A stretch of DNA of 64,000 nt from NCBI GenBank assembly GCA_965208325.1, contig OZ242326.1, positions 1,568,001 to 1,632,000 of the forward strand, written 5' to 3'. Below are positions 50,769 through 61,153 of the stretch, piece by piece. The notes beneath the pieces are model-generated. The model was not told the origin of the DNA. It made no database searches and worked only from the letters and a program-made list of their open reading frames with translations. The stretch is from Candidatus Poribacteria bacterium (lineage in GTDB: Bacteria; Poribacteria; WGA-4E; PCPOR2b). Made by a program: the position numbers and the translations under genes. The number at the start of each line of letters is the position of its first letter. Positions within the stretch are counted from its first letter, which is position 1.

Positions 50769-52331
50769 ATGACAGGCGGCGAATTGATTGTTAAATTGCT
50801 CGAATTGCACGGTATCCGCCACATCTTTGGCACGCCCAGCGACCAAGTCAAGACTATATGCGATGCCCTGCACAGTTGCCAAAAGATTGGGTATTACACA
50901 GCTCAAACCAGCCAAGCCGCGTCGTTTATGGCGGATGGGTACGCACGTGCAACGGGCAATGTCGGTGTGTGCATTACTCCCGGCGGTGGCTCGGCGGTTA
51001 ATACTGCCGTCAGCCTTGCGGCGGCTTATGCTGATAGCATTCCGTTATTGCTTATCACTGGACAAGTCCCGTCGCCGGGGTTGCCGTCTACGGGAACCAA
51101 AGAGAAACATAAGGGATACAATGAGCATGTCAATCTTTTCGACCTGTTCAAACCAATCGTCAAATGGAACGCAAGGATTGACAGCGCTGCTTCGCTCCCA
51201 TCAGCGACGGCTCGGGCGTTCAAAGCGTTGCAAACCGGGAGGCGTAGGCCTGTCCATCTGGAAATCCCTGTGGATTTACTGGCTAGCGAAATGAATGAAC
51301 CTGTTGCCTTAAAGGCGGCGCCTATTCGAAAAACGCCCGGTGGTTCACCCTCGCTGAACGCGTTTGCGGCTGAAATATTGGTACGTGCGAAATCGCCGCT
51401 TATTATTGCTGGCGGGGGAGTGGTGTCGGCAAAGGCAGAGGTAGAACTCATGCAAATTGCTGAACAGCTGAAAGCTCCTGTTTGTACAACTCCAATGAGC
51501 AAGGGGGTGGTTCCGCCAGGCCATTTACTGTCCGCGGGATTAACATTGCATGCTCCATCACCAGAAACGCATGAGAATCACCAGATTCTTCCACTGATCA
51601 AACGAGCAGATGTGGTTTTATCCGTTGGGTGCAGTTTGTCTCAACGAACAGCGGGGAATTGGAACACGCACAAGCTGCCAAATCTTATCCAGATTGATAT
51701 TGACGAAAAAGAGATTGGCCGGAACTACCCTGTCCGGATTGGTATTGTCGCCGACGCAAAAGAAGCGCTCGCTCAACTCGTCCAAGCCATTGACAACGGT
51801 GCGGGAACAGTTCAGAGCCATTGGCACGATTTCAGGCCTGAATTGAAGCCGCTTCCGAACCGAAACGGATTCAACCTGAAGGCGATGGAAATACTTCGAA
51901 ACGTATTGGATGAAAGTGCAATTATTTCGGTCGGTGGGACGCACTTAGTAGATTCTATGCTCATGAATTTCGAGGTTGCCCACGCTCGGTTGTTGTTGCA
52001 CACTTGTGATTTGCGGCCGATGGGATATGCACTCCCTGCGGCGATTGGCGCCAAGTGCGCACACCGTGACCGCCAAGTGGTTGCCGTGACAAATACTGAG
52101 GAATTCTCAATGACGGGACGAGAACTGATTGAGGCGAATCAATACGGGTTAGGGATTCCTGTGATCGTCATCAATAATCACGAATCCGGCGAAAAGCCTG
52201 AAAGCGTGAAGTTTGCCGAAATGTTCGGCGTACCCGGATTACTCGTACGCAATGACGACGAGTTTGCACCCGCGTTGAAAGAGGCGCTAATGTCAAGAGA
52301 ATGTGTCCTTATTGATGTGCAGCTTTCGTAG
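50769..52331 (+). CDS. ThDP-binding acetolactate-synthase-like protein with degenerate catalytic motifs
   Basis: FMADGYAR, DSIPLL.ITGQ, RPVHLEIP, MGYALPAAIGAK; lacks the RHE Glu and the GDG motif. Confidence 0.8.
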   Translation: MTGGELIVKLLELHGIRHIFGTPSDQVKTICDALHSCQKIGYYTAQTSQAASFMADGYARATGNVGVCITPGGGSAVNTAVSLAAAYADSIPLLLITGQVPSPGLPSTGTKEKHKGYNEHVNLFDLFKPIVKWNARIDSAASLPSATARAFKALQTGRRRPVHLEIPVDLLASEMNEPVALKAAPIRKTPGGSPSLNAFAAEILVRAKSPLIIAGGGVVSAKAEVELMQIAEQLKAPVCTTPMSKGVVPPGHLLSAGLTLHAPSPETHENHQILPLIKRADVVLSVGCSLSQRTAGNWNTHKLPNLIQIDIDEKEIGRNYPVRIGIVADAKEALAQLVQAIDNGAGTVQSHWHDFRPELKPLPNRNGFNLKAMEILRNVLDESAIISVGGTHLVDSMLMNFEVAHARLLLHTCDLRPMGYALPAAIGAKCAHRDRQVVAVTNTEEFSMTGRELIEANQYGLGIPVIVINNHESGEKPESVKFAEMFGVPGLLVRNDDEFAPALKEALMSRECVLIDVQLS

Positions 52332-52389
52332 CGTATGATTCGTAAATATAACGTTCAACCAGAACGCGGCTCCCGTGCGTCCAATTCAA

Positions 52390-52418
52390 TTGACACACTT
52401 GGGGGTTTATGATAGAAT
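52390..52418 (+). promoter_or_regulatory. Sigma-70-type promoter for peroxiredoxin
   Basis: TTGACA-17 bp-TAGAAT with TGn extension. Confidence 0.7.
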
Positions 52419-52459
52419 TTGAAACAGTTTTAAGGCTGCTGTAGAAAGGATTATATGGC

Positions 52460-52933
52460 ATGGAAAACTTGAGTGTTGGCGATCTCGCGCCTGACTTTAC
52501 GCTTAGCGGCTCTATCGGTTCCGAGGATACCGAAGTTTCGTTGAGCGATTTCAAAGGGAAAAATTTGGTGGTAGTGTTTTATCCTCTTGATTTCTCTCCG
52601 GTGTGCTCAGTTCAGATTCCGGACTTCAATGAAGATTTGGACGAAATCCGTTCAAAAAACGCAGACGTGGTTGCGATAAACCGTGACTCGGTGTTTGCTC
52701 ACAAGGCATGGAGCGAACATCTTGGGGGTGTGAATTTTCCGCTCTTGTCTGATATGAATCTAGAAGTATCAGCGAAGTTTGGGATGGCGCTTGGCGACGT
52801 GGGGATTACAAATCGCGGCGTAATAATCATTGATGGTGAAGGAAGGATTGCTTTCAAGCATATTGAAAACGCACCGCCGGATAATACACTCGCAGTTAAG
52901 CAGGTCATACGCGAACTTGATGCATTAAATTAG
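52460..52933 (+). CDS. Peroxiredoxin (AhpC/TSA, AhpE-like 1-Cys)
   Basis: FYPLDFSPVC, FPLLSD. Confidence 0.85.
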   Translation: MENLSVGDLAPDFTLSGSIGSEDTEVSLSDFKGKNLVVVFYPLDFSPVCSVQIPDFNEDLDEIRSKNADVVAINRDSVFAHKAWSEHLGGVNFPLLSDMNLEVSAKFGMALGDVGITNRGVIIIDGEGRIAFKHIENAPPDNTLAVKQVIRELDALN

Positions 52934-53061
52934 GGGCGCGATTTCAACGGTTTCACGCCGCTATGAAACCAGCTTTAGTAGGATCATAATCCAGAGTGCG
53001 TTATTGAATTGAAATTTGCTGAAAATCATGCGTTGAACTAGAAGAATCAGGAGACAAAGCC

Positions 53062-54027
53062 ATGCACCTCGGTGCGGTATCATCGGTGTTTATGACGCGC
53101 CCGTTGAGGGAGGCGGCCCAAAAAATGCATGCATTGGGGCTGGAGTCCATCGAACTCGGGGCGGGCGGATACTTTCCCAAAACCCACTGCAATCCGGCAG
53201 AGTTGTTAACGGATTCGGCTGCGCTAGCAACGTTCCAAGAGACGCTCGCGGAATTTGAATTGGCAATCAGTGCCTTTGCTATGCACGGCGAACCGCTGCA
53301 CCCCGACCCGGCAATTGCTGCACCCTACGACCAAGACTTTCGCGATACCTGCAAACTGGCGGAAAAGATTGGCGTCACACGCATAACGCTCTTGGGCGGG
53401 TTGCCTGAAGCGGTTCCCGGAGACAAGGAGCCGAATTGGATTCTATATCCGTTTCCGCCGCGCAACATGGACATGCACGAATGGCAGTGGGAAGCGCGGC
53501 TCATCCCATATTGGAAAGAACACGGACGAATTGCCGAAGATCACGGCGTTCGCCTCTGCTTTGAAATGCACCCCGGTGACATGATATTTAAACCCGAAGC
53601 GCTTCTGCGTCTGCGCGACGCGGTCGGACCGGTCGTCGGCTGCAACCTTGACCCGTCTCACCTGTTTTGGCAGGGCATGGACATTCACGAGGTGATTCGG
53701 ACAATTGGCGGCGATATAATTTACCATACGCACGCCAAAGACAGCTTGCCCGATCCGCATGTAGTCCGAGTGAACGGGATTTTAGATGCCAAAGACTTCC
53801 AAGATTGCGAGAACAGGAGTTGGATCTTTCGTACTGTCGGATACGGGCACGACGAGGAATTCTGGCGTAAATTTGTTAGTGCACTGAGGACAGTGGGTTA
53901 CGATGATGTATTATCTATCGAACACGAAGATCCGTTGATTGATCCTGAAGAAGGATTTGAGCTTGCTGTCGGTGTGTTGCAGAAGGTGCTCATCCGTAAG
54001 CCGGCGGCGAAGCTGTGGTATGAGTAG
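53062..54027 (+). CDS. Sugar phosphate isomerase/epimerase
   Basis: FEMHP, NLDPSH, HTHAKD, SIEHED. Confidence 0.85.
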   Translation: MHLGAVSSVFMTRPLREAAQKMHALGLESIELGAGGYFPKTHCNPAELLTDSAALATFQETLAEFELAISAFAMHGEPLHPDPAIAAPYDQDFRDTCKLAEKIGVTRITLLGGLPEAVPGDKEPNWILYPFPPRNMDMHEWQWEARLIPYWKEHGRIAEDHGVRLCFEMHPGDMIFKPEALLRLRDAVGPVVGCNLDPSHLFWQGMDIHEVIRTIGGDIIYHTHAKDSLPDPHVVRVNGILDAKDFQDCENRSWIFRTVGYGHDEEFWRKFVSALRTVGYDDVLSIEHEDPLIDPEEGFELAVGVLQKVLIRKPAAKLWYE

Positions 54028-54043
54028 CAATGTGGAGATTGCT

Positions 54044-54901
54044 ATGAAAATCGGCGTGAATCTATGGATATGGGGTTCGCCCTTTCGAACCGACGAACAT
54101 TTGGAACTCATCCCTCAGATTAAAGCGTGGGGCGGCGAGGTAATTGAACTTGCTACAGAAGATGACGCAGAGATTGACACCAGAGCGGTGCGTCAAGCAC
54201 TTGACGGGGAAGGGATGTCTGCATCCGTGATCGGCGTTTTCGGGTCGGTTCGAGATCTGTCGCACCCCGATGCCGCCGTTAGGCAGAACGGCATTGATTA
54301 CGCCAAACGCTCCGTTGATACGTGTGCCGAGATTGGCGCAACGATATTTTCCGGAGCCGTCGCCGGCGTTGGCGGCGGGGAGTTGCTTTTGGGGGATGCA
54401 CGCCAATCTCGTATCAATCAGGCTGCGGAGTGCTTGCATGAACTTGGGGATTATTCCGCCCAAGCGGGCGTGCAATTTGTGATTGAGATACTCAATCGCT
54501 ACGAGACCAATTTCCTCAACACCGCGGCAGAGGCTCGTGAACTTATAAATCTCGTCAATCACCCCGCCGTTGGAATACATCTTGATACATTCCACATGAG
54601 TCATGAGGAGAAAAATCTAGGCGATGCCATTCGGCAGGCAGACAATAAACTAATGCACTTTCACGGCAGCGCTAGTCACCGTGGAACCCCGGGAACCGGG
54701 CTAGTGCAGTGGGATGACGTGGCAACCGCATTGAGGGACATCAACTACGACGGATATGTGGTTATTGAGTCGTTTAACCCACGGAGCCCGATAGGTCCGC
54801 TTGCACGATTTTGGCGTTTTTTCACTGAGTCGCCGGAGACTCTCGCACGAGAGGGCATTGCCTTCCTGAAAGGGGCGCTGCTCGGAGAAGGAGAGATGTG
54901 A
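54044..54901 (+). CDS. D-psicose/D-tagatose 3-epimerase-family protein
   Basis: EILNRYE, LDTFHM, HRGTPG, IESF; GGAG SD before ATG 54044. Confidence 0.8.
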   Translation: MKIGVNLWIWGSPFRTDEHLELIPQIKAWGGEVIELATEDDAEIDTRAVRQALDGEGMSASVIGVFGSVRDLSHPDAAVRQNGIDYAKRSVDTCAEIGATIFSGAVAGVGGGELLLGDARQSRINQAAECLHELGDYSAQAGVQFVIEILNRYETNFLNTAAEARELINLVNHPAVGIHLDTFHMSHEEKNLGDAIRQADNKLMHFHGSASHRGTPGTGLVQWDDVATALRDINYDGYVVIESFNPRSPIGPLARFWRFFTESPETLAREGIAFLKGALLGEGEM

Positions 54902-55006
54902 ACACTACGCTAACCGGTGGCATGACGCACATAAAAACAAAAAAACTAAGTTGAGCTGAGTAAACTATATTGCCATGTTAGAATATTTAAATCAAGGAGA
55001 AAACTA

Positions 55007-56056
55007 ATGAAACAGTTGTTGAAGGTTACTTTTTTTGCGGCAATCGTCTGCTTGTCGATTCCAGCGTCCAGTCTTGCACAGACGGTCGTGTCGTTCAATC
55101 CCCCTGTAATGGAATCACCTGACGCCGCACAGCAATTCACTATTGATGTTCAAATCTCAAATGCAACCGATGTCTTCGGATATCAAATCGCGCTTACCTT
55201 TGACTCTACCGCACTCGCATACGTCAGCGTCCAAAATGGAGACTTCTTAGCGGGATCTATCGGTCCGCCAACACTCCCCCCAATCGTCGCTGACGGTGAA
55301 ATCAAGTTCGGCGCAACCCTATTAGGTGCAGTGCCCGGTGTCAATGGAGACGGAACACTCGCAACCGTTACATTTGAGGTCGTTGCTGTGAAAGCATCGA
55401 CTCTCGGACTTGATGTTAAGGTTATTGATTCAAACGACCAGCAGTTGGAATTGACAACTGAATCAGGTACGATTACCGGCGCACCGCTCGAACCTGTGAG
55501 AACTGAACCGGAAGGCGATGTGTTATCGTTTGAAGCGTCGATTTCGAGTGCAAACACACCAGCCAAAGGCTTTATCGCTGTATGGGAAGGGGTAATGGAG
55601 ATACAGGCGGGTACGTTCATTGAATATCAGGTGATGTTCTCAGGGATTAGCGTCCACACACAAGGCGGTGTCTACGCTCACACTGCCGACGGTAGAATCG
55701 TTGGTCTCGTTGATGATGCTGCTGGGTCGGATTGGCAGCACCGCAAGGTCTCACTCGACGATATTGTCGGCAGTGAAATTGTTGCGATTACAGTTGGCAC
55801 GGATAACGGAGGCAATCCGGATAATCCAGCGGGGTTATTTGGAATGGTGATTGACAACGTGCAGATAACCAGCGATGCGGGTGTTTTGACGAAGGTATGG
55901 GTTGACGAAAGTACGATTGGCGGTGCGCAGGAGGCGGCTGCAGCGTATGGAGATTCTACAGGTGTTGAGGGCATGCGGGCATTCATCTCTGCCGTTTCTG
56001 TTGAACCCCAATCAAAGATGTTGACAAGTTGGGGTCATCTTAAAGCAGCGCGTTGA
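55007..56056 (+). CDS. Secreted cohesin-domain protein with Poribacteria-type C-terminal motif
   Basis: Signal peptide; cohesin pattern GYQIALTFD..GDGTLATVTF; C-terminus SVEPQSKMLTSWGHLK. Confidence 0.7.
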   Translation: MKQLLKVTFFAAIVCLSIPASSLAQTVVSFNPPVMESPDAAQQFTIDVQISNATDVFGYQIALTFDSTALAYVSVQNGDFLAGSIGPPTLPPIVADGEIKFGATLLGAVPGVNGDGTLATVTFEVVAVKASTLGLDVKVIDSNDQQLELTTESGTITGAPLEPVRTEPEGDVLSFEASISSANTPAKGFIAVWEGVMEIQAGTFIEYQVMFSGISVHTQGGVYAHTADGRIVGLVDDAAGSDWQHRKVSLDDIVGSEIVAITVGTDNGGNPDNPAGLFGMVIDNVQITSDAGVLTKVWVDESTIGGAQEAAAAYGDSTGVEGMRAFISAVSVEPQSKMLTSWGHLKAAR

Positions 56057-56368
56057 ACGAACAACTCATTGTATGTAGGACTTGCGCACTTCAGATTGAA
56101 GTTGCCCGATTCATAAGGCGTCGAAGCGCATTGGCAAACTCAACACCCATTGTAGGTGGGGCATCTTGCCCCGCATTGGAGGTGAAGCATCGAATTACCA
56201 CACTTCATCCTTCAACTGCGAAAGTTCGAATAAGTAAAACCCCTTCAATTAGGCGCTCAGTTCGCCGATAAATTCTAGTGTGCATGGATAGGAGTTCGTG
56301 GACTGGCAATTCACTTCTGATGTGTTAGGAAAACCAGCAGTAATTTTACCGCCAAAGGAGAAGAATTT

Positions 56369-57148
56369 ATGTACCGTTTATCCGCCTGTGCTGATACACT
56401 TTTTCTCAATCTGCCGTTTGAGGAGCGCGTAAAGAAAATTTGTGCGGCGGGATTCTTAGCTGAGTTTTGGCTCTGGGACGGGCGCGACATGGATGCCCTA
56501 GCTGCTGACTCAACAATTCAGGTCAATAACTTTGTCATTGGTCCCGGCGACGGTTGTATCGTTCATCCGGACTATGTGGAGGGATACTTTGCCAACGTCG
56601 AAGAGGGGCTTACGATAGCCAAAAAGCTGCGGTGCCGGCGATTCATTGCCCTGAGCGGAGGACTTAGCCCGGAAACAGGTGCGTCGACACACCCGGTTGC
56701 CGCACATCCGATTGCCCGATGGGTGACAGCCTACAAAGCCTTGCGCCGATTGGGCGACATCGCTGAACAACACGATGTTGTCTTCAGCCTAGAACACCTG
56801 AACATCAAATTAGACCATCCTGGATATCCACTGGCAAATGTAGAAGACGCAGCCCGTTTGGTGAGGGAGGTCGACAGCCCCGGGATAAAGTTGCTCCTAG
56901 ACCTTTATCACGCCCAGGTCCAGGAAGGAAACCTGATTGAGCTAATTCGAGAATATCATGACATTGTCGGGCACATTCACGTCGCAGACGTTCCCGGACG
57001 ACATGAGCCAGGTACGGGAGAGATAAATTATCCCCAGGTGGTCGAAACGCTGCACGAGGTTGGCTACGATGGCGTCGTCGGCTTGGAGGCCTTCCCCAAG
57101 AATGACGACTATGAGGCAATGGATCGCTTCCGCGACATATTCGGCTAG
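56369..57148 (+). CDS. Hydroxypyruvate isomerase-family TIM barrel
   Basis: LDLYHAQ, HIHVADVPGRHEPGTGEINY. Confidence 0.85.
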   Translation: MYRLSACADTLFLNLPFEERVKKICAAGFLAEFWLWDGRDMDALAADSTIQVNNFVIGPGDGCIVHPDYVEGYFANVEEGLTIAKKLRCRRFIALSGGLSPETGASTHPVAAHPIARWVTAYKALRRLGDIAEQHDVVFSLEHLNIKLDHPGYPLANVEDAARLVREVDSPGIKLLLDLYHAQVQEGNLIELIREYHDIVGHIHVADVPGRHEPGTGEINYPQVVETLHEVGYDGVVGLEAFPKNDDYEAMDRFRDIFG

Positions 57149-57202
57149 AAGAATCTACCACAAAAACTCAGTTTACAGTCCAAGCTGAAAAGAAAAAAAT
57201 AC

Positions 57203-58249
57203 ATGCAGAGATATTCCCCCGAATTCCTTACTACTGTGACACAGGACGTGTTTATTGCCTGTGGGTCGCCGCCGGGCGAAGCTGCAATCGTGGCGGAGCA
57301 GTTGGTTGGCAATAACCTAATGGGTATGGATTCTCACGGGGTGGTGAGAATTCCCCAGTACGTAGGGTGGGTTGAGCAGGGCACCGTCAAAGCGGGCGCA
57401 CAGGTTTCACTGGTCGAGGAAAATGGCGGTACTGCGGTTGTTGATTGTGGATTTAATTTTGGCCAGGTTGGCGGACTCCGGGCGATGGAGATAGCCATTA
57501 CAAAGGCTAAGGAATATAAGGTTGCCTGCGTCGTTACCCGCCGCTGCACTCACGTGGGGCGTTTAGGTTACTTCACCCAAATTGCGGCTGAAAACGGCAT
57601 GTTCGCGATGGCAATGGTCAACGGCTGTAAGGACGTACATTGGGTGGTGCCGTTTGGCGGACGGGAAGGACGGCTGGCAACCAATCCAATATCGTATGCG
57701 GTGCCCGGAGTGGACCACCCAATTGTGTCTGATATGGCAACAAGCATGACTGCCGAGGGAAAGGTCCGCGTTCACCGGAATCGGGGGCAAATGCTGCCAG
57801 AAGGGTGGATACTTGATGCGGACGGCAATCCGAGTGTAGACCCCCACGACCTTTACGGTCCTCCTCATGGCTGGATTCTACCGCTTGGGGGCAGCGCGGG
57901 ACATAAAGGATTTGCATTAGGATTGCTGGTGGATTTGCTGAGCGGAACCCTGGCTGGTGATTTCATCACGGAAGACAGGCCTCGAGGAACTCAAGGAGTA
58001 TGCTTTTTTGTAATTGATATCTCGGCGTTTGTGCCTACCGACCGGTTCCGCCATCTAATGGACGACTTCATTTCGTATTTCAAATCTACCCCGCCCATGC
58101 CGGGTCTTCAAGAAGTGATGATGCCGGGAGAAGTTGAATTAAAAACTCTCGCAGACCGGCAAGAGAACGGCATCCCTATTGAATCGTTCACTTGGGGTCA
58201 GATTCAGGAAACTGCCAATAAACTCAACGTTGAGATTGCAGAACACTAA
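57203..58249 (+). CDS. Ldh_2-family (malate/L-lactate-type) oxidoreductase
   Basis: DSHG, HVGRLG, TNPIS, DMATS, GHKGFAL. Confidence 0.88.
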   Translation: MQRYSPEFLTTVTQDVFIACGSPPGEAAIVAEQLVGNNLMGMDSHGVVRIPQYVGWVEQGTVKAGAQVSLVEENGGTAVVDCGFNFGQVGGLRAMEIAITKAKEYKVACVVTRRCTHVGRLGYFTQIAAENGMFAMAMVNGCKDVHWVVPFGGREGRLATNPISYAVPGVDHPIVSDMATSMTAEGKVRVHRNRGQMLPEGWILDADGNPSVDPHDLYGPPHGWILPLGGSAGHKGFALGLLVDLLSGTLAGDFITEDRPRGTQGVCFFVIDISAFVPTDRFRHLMDDFISYFKSTPPMPGLQEVMMPGEVELKTLADRQENGIPIESFTWGQIQETANKLNVEIAEH

Positions 58250-58908
58250 AGTCGTCGTAATATTTTACCTTTTCTCTGCACTAACAGAATCACTTCAGAT
58301 AATATAAACCTCATTCCGAATTGTTAATTTCGCAATAACCTCGTCAGATAGTCTAACTACCCTACACTATCATAACACAACTAAGTGGAATTCATGTAAA
58401 TCGGTCGAACCATTGTGCACTGCCTAGGTTCGATTCGATTCATGTGCAAGTGCTCTCCCTTCCATCGGGCAATACACAGGCTTTGACTTAGGGCGGGCTC
58501 AAACGGGTGCGACGAAACGATTGCGCGGCAGCACACACTGGCTTTATCGCCATCTAATCACAGGTGTCCTAACCCACAGGTGTAGTTGACATGAGTTCTT
58601 AGTCGACGGTTTCATCTGTTGAACATAAGGCGATGCTAGTGGGATTGGCACCTGAGAGCGTCATTGCCGTGGCTGCTCTGACTGTTGTTGCGTGTCCATG
58701 ATGGCAGCGGTTATTTAGATTTACTTAATTTTTGACATAAAATCGAAAGAATTCATTAAAATTACTTGGTTTGAATTTCGTCACGCCCCGTCAAATTTCA
58801 TTGATTTGAGCGCGGTAGAGCGCTTCTTTTTGGAAAACGGCGAAATATGCAGCGTTGAACAGTAAATTCAATGACATACAACGAATATCAATTTGAGGAG
58901 CAATAGTA

Positions 58909-59796
58909 ATGAATGTTAAAATCGGTAGTGCGCCGGACAATTGGGGCGTCTGGTTTGCGGATGATCCCAAGCAAACCCCATGGCACCGATTCCTAGATGA
59001 AATGGTCGAAGCTGAATATGAGTGGACCGAACTTGGGCCTTACGGTTATCTACCAACCGATTTGCCTACACTTCGGTCTGAACTGGACAAACGGGATATG
59101 AAGGTGTCTGGTACGTTTGCCATGGATCATCTCGAAGATCCTGAGTCATGGCCGACGTTGGAAAGGCAGCTGCTTGGCGCAGGCGAATCGCTGGCGTTTC
59201 TCGGTGCTGTATACCTTGTGTTGATCGACGATACCTACACCAATCCCTTTACGGGTGATCTACAGAGACCTAAGTCACTCGATGAAAGTTCGTGGAAACG
59301 ACTAATTGACACAACGCACAAGGTGGCGGATATCGCACGCGACCGATTCGCGCTCCAGGTGGTCTTTCACCCTCACGCTGATACACATGTCGAATACGAA
59401 GATCAGATAGAGATGTTTCTGGAACAGACCGATCCCGATCGGGTGAAGATTTGCTTCGATACGGGCCATCATGCTTATCGCCACGGCGACCCGGTGGATT
59501 TCATGCGGCGGCACCACAACCGAGTGCCCTACTTGCATCTCAAGAGCATTGATGAGAACATACGGCAGAAGGTCGAAGCCGAAGACATTCCGTTCGCCAC
59601 TGCTGTGAGTATGGATATGTTCTGTGAACCAGCCGCTGGCGCCGTGGATTTTCTTGCGTTCCGGGACGTGCTCCGCGAGGTTGATTACGACGGCTTTGCA
59701 ATCGTGGAACAGGACATGTACCCTGCACCGTTTGACAAACCTCTGCCCATCGCCAAACGCACCCGCGCATACCTGCGTGAAATTGGCATCGGTTGA
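58909..59796 (+). CDS. IolE-like (2-keto-myo-inositol dehydratase family) TIM barrel
   Basis: APDNWGVWF, ELGPYGY, HPHADT, DTGH, VEQD. Confidence 0.75.
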   Translation: MNVKIGSAPDNWGVWFADDPKQTPWHRFLDEMVEAEYEWTELGPYGYLPTDLPTLRSELDKRDMKVSGTFAMDHLEDPESWPTLERQLLGAGESLAFLGAVYLVLIDDTYTNPFTGDLQRPKSLDESSWKRLIDTTHKVADIARDRFALQVVFHPHADTHVEYEDQIEMFLEQTDPDRVKICFDTGHHAYRHGDPVDFMRRHHNRVPYLHLKSIDENIRQKVEAEDIPFATAVSMDMFCEPAAGAVDFLAFRDVLREVDYDGFAIVEQDMYPAPFDKPLPIAKRTRAYLREIGIG

Positions 59797-59880
59797 AGTT
59801 GATGCGGCAGCGTAAATACGCCAATCAACTTGCGCCTGTTGGTAAAAACACTCATCTCTACAATTATTAGGAGTAGGACT

Positions 59881-61137
59881 ATGCTCTTCAACAAAGACCG
59901 GGCAGCAGATTATATGCGGCGTTGCGACGTTGATGTTCTCATTGCAACGTCACCCGTGAACATCACATATTTTTCAGGTTATTTTTCCTGGCTGGATCCA
60001 CTGTTCAGAGAGTATATGATGGCGCCAGGGAAGTCGAGCAATTTGGATCAAACGGCGCCGTACGCCATCTTCCCGCTTGAAGGCGAGCCCGCGCTCGTTA
60101 TCACCCCATTGTTTGCGGTTAATGCCGCCGATTTGTGGGTAAAGGATTTGCATATTTTTGGCGATGCGCTCTTAGATGAATCGGTGCCGCCCACAGCCTT
60201 GTCCGACTCGGACCGCCGTTTTTTCGAGTTGCTTCATGGGAAGCAACAAAATGCAACACCGACCGACGCAGTTTTGAGCGTCTTAAAAGCGCGTGGATTG
60301 ACGGATGCGCGGATTGGCTTGGATATGGAAGGGTTAACGCCGTTATCGAAAACACAAATTGAGCGTGGGTTGCCAAGGGCAACGATTAAGGATTGCTCAA
60401 ACCTCATTCGCCTCATTCGGATGGTCAAAACAGAAGATGAACTATCGAAACTGACCCGCGCCGCCGAAATCAGCGAGCGGGCGGCAATGGAAAGTTTTGC
60501 AATCGCGAAACCCGGCCGACCCATATCTGAAATCGTTCAGCACTACCGTGCGCAGGTAGCTAGCAATGGCGCATATTTCGACCACTTCGCGTACGGTGTT
60601 CGGGGTCTAGGCATTGCCACAGAGTCAAACCATGTCTTGACCGAAGACGATTTTCTCTACGTGGATTTTGGCTGCATTTATAATTACTGTTTCTCGGACA
60701 CCGGTACGACTTTGGCGATGCGCGAGCCTTCTGCATCAATCCTCGAAAGGCATGCAGCACTGCGCGCTTGTACACGTGCAGGTGTAGAGGTTATGCAGCC
60801 GGGAGTGAAAACCTCGGAGGTTCAAGCCGCTATGTGGCAAACCCTCAACGAACACGGAGTCACCGCCTCGTTTCCACACGGGCACGGCTTGGGTCTGGAA
60901 GTGCGGGACTACCCAATCATCGTTGCTGACAACGGCCAACGTATCAGAGACGATTGCGTGGACGTGCCATCGGACCTGCCGCTCGAAGCGGACATGGTAA
61001 TAAACTTGGAGGCAATGATCTCCATTCCGGGCGTCGGGACATTGCACATCGAGCAATCATTTGTCGTTACCGCTGACGGGAGTCGTCCGCTCGTGCCGCA
61101 GTACCGTGAGCGCCCCATTCTACCTAACTCGGCCTAA
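59881..61137 (+). CDS. Xaa-Pro peptidase family (M24)
   Basis: Creatinase N-domain; VDFG..SD, HGLG, NLE, IEQ ligands; AGGAG SD. Confidence 0.8.
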   Translation: MLFNKDRAADYMRRCDVDVLIATSPVNITYFSGYFSWLDPLFREYMMAPGKSSNLDQTAPYAIFPLEGEPALVITPLFAVNAADLWVKDLHIFGDALLDESVPPTALSDSDRRFFELLHGKQQNATPTDAVLSVLKARGLTDARIGLDMEGLTPLSKTQIERGLPRATIKDCSNLIRLIRMVKTEDELSKLTRAAEISERAAMESFAIAKPGRPISEIVQHYRAQVASNGAYFDHFAYGVRGLGIATESNHVLTEDDFLYVDFGCIYNYCFSDTGTTLAMREPSASILERHAALRACTRAGVEVMQPGVKTSEVQAAMWQTLNEHGVTASFPHGHGLGLEVRDYPIIVADNGQRIRDDCVDVPSDLPLEADMVINLEAMISIPGVGTLHIEQSFVVTADGSRPLVPQYRERPILPNSA

Positions 61138-61153
61138 CGCTTGTAAGGATCCC

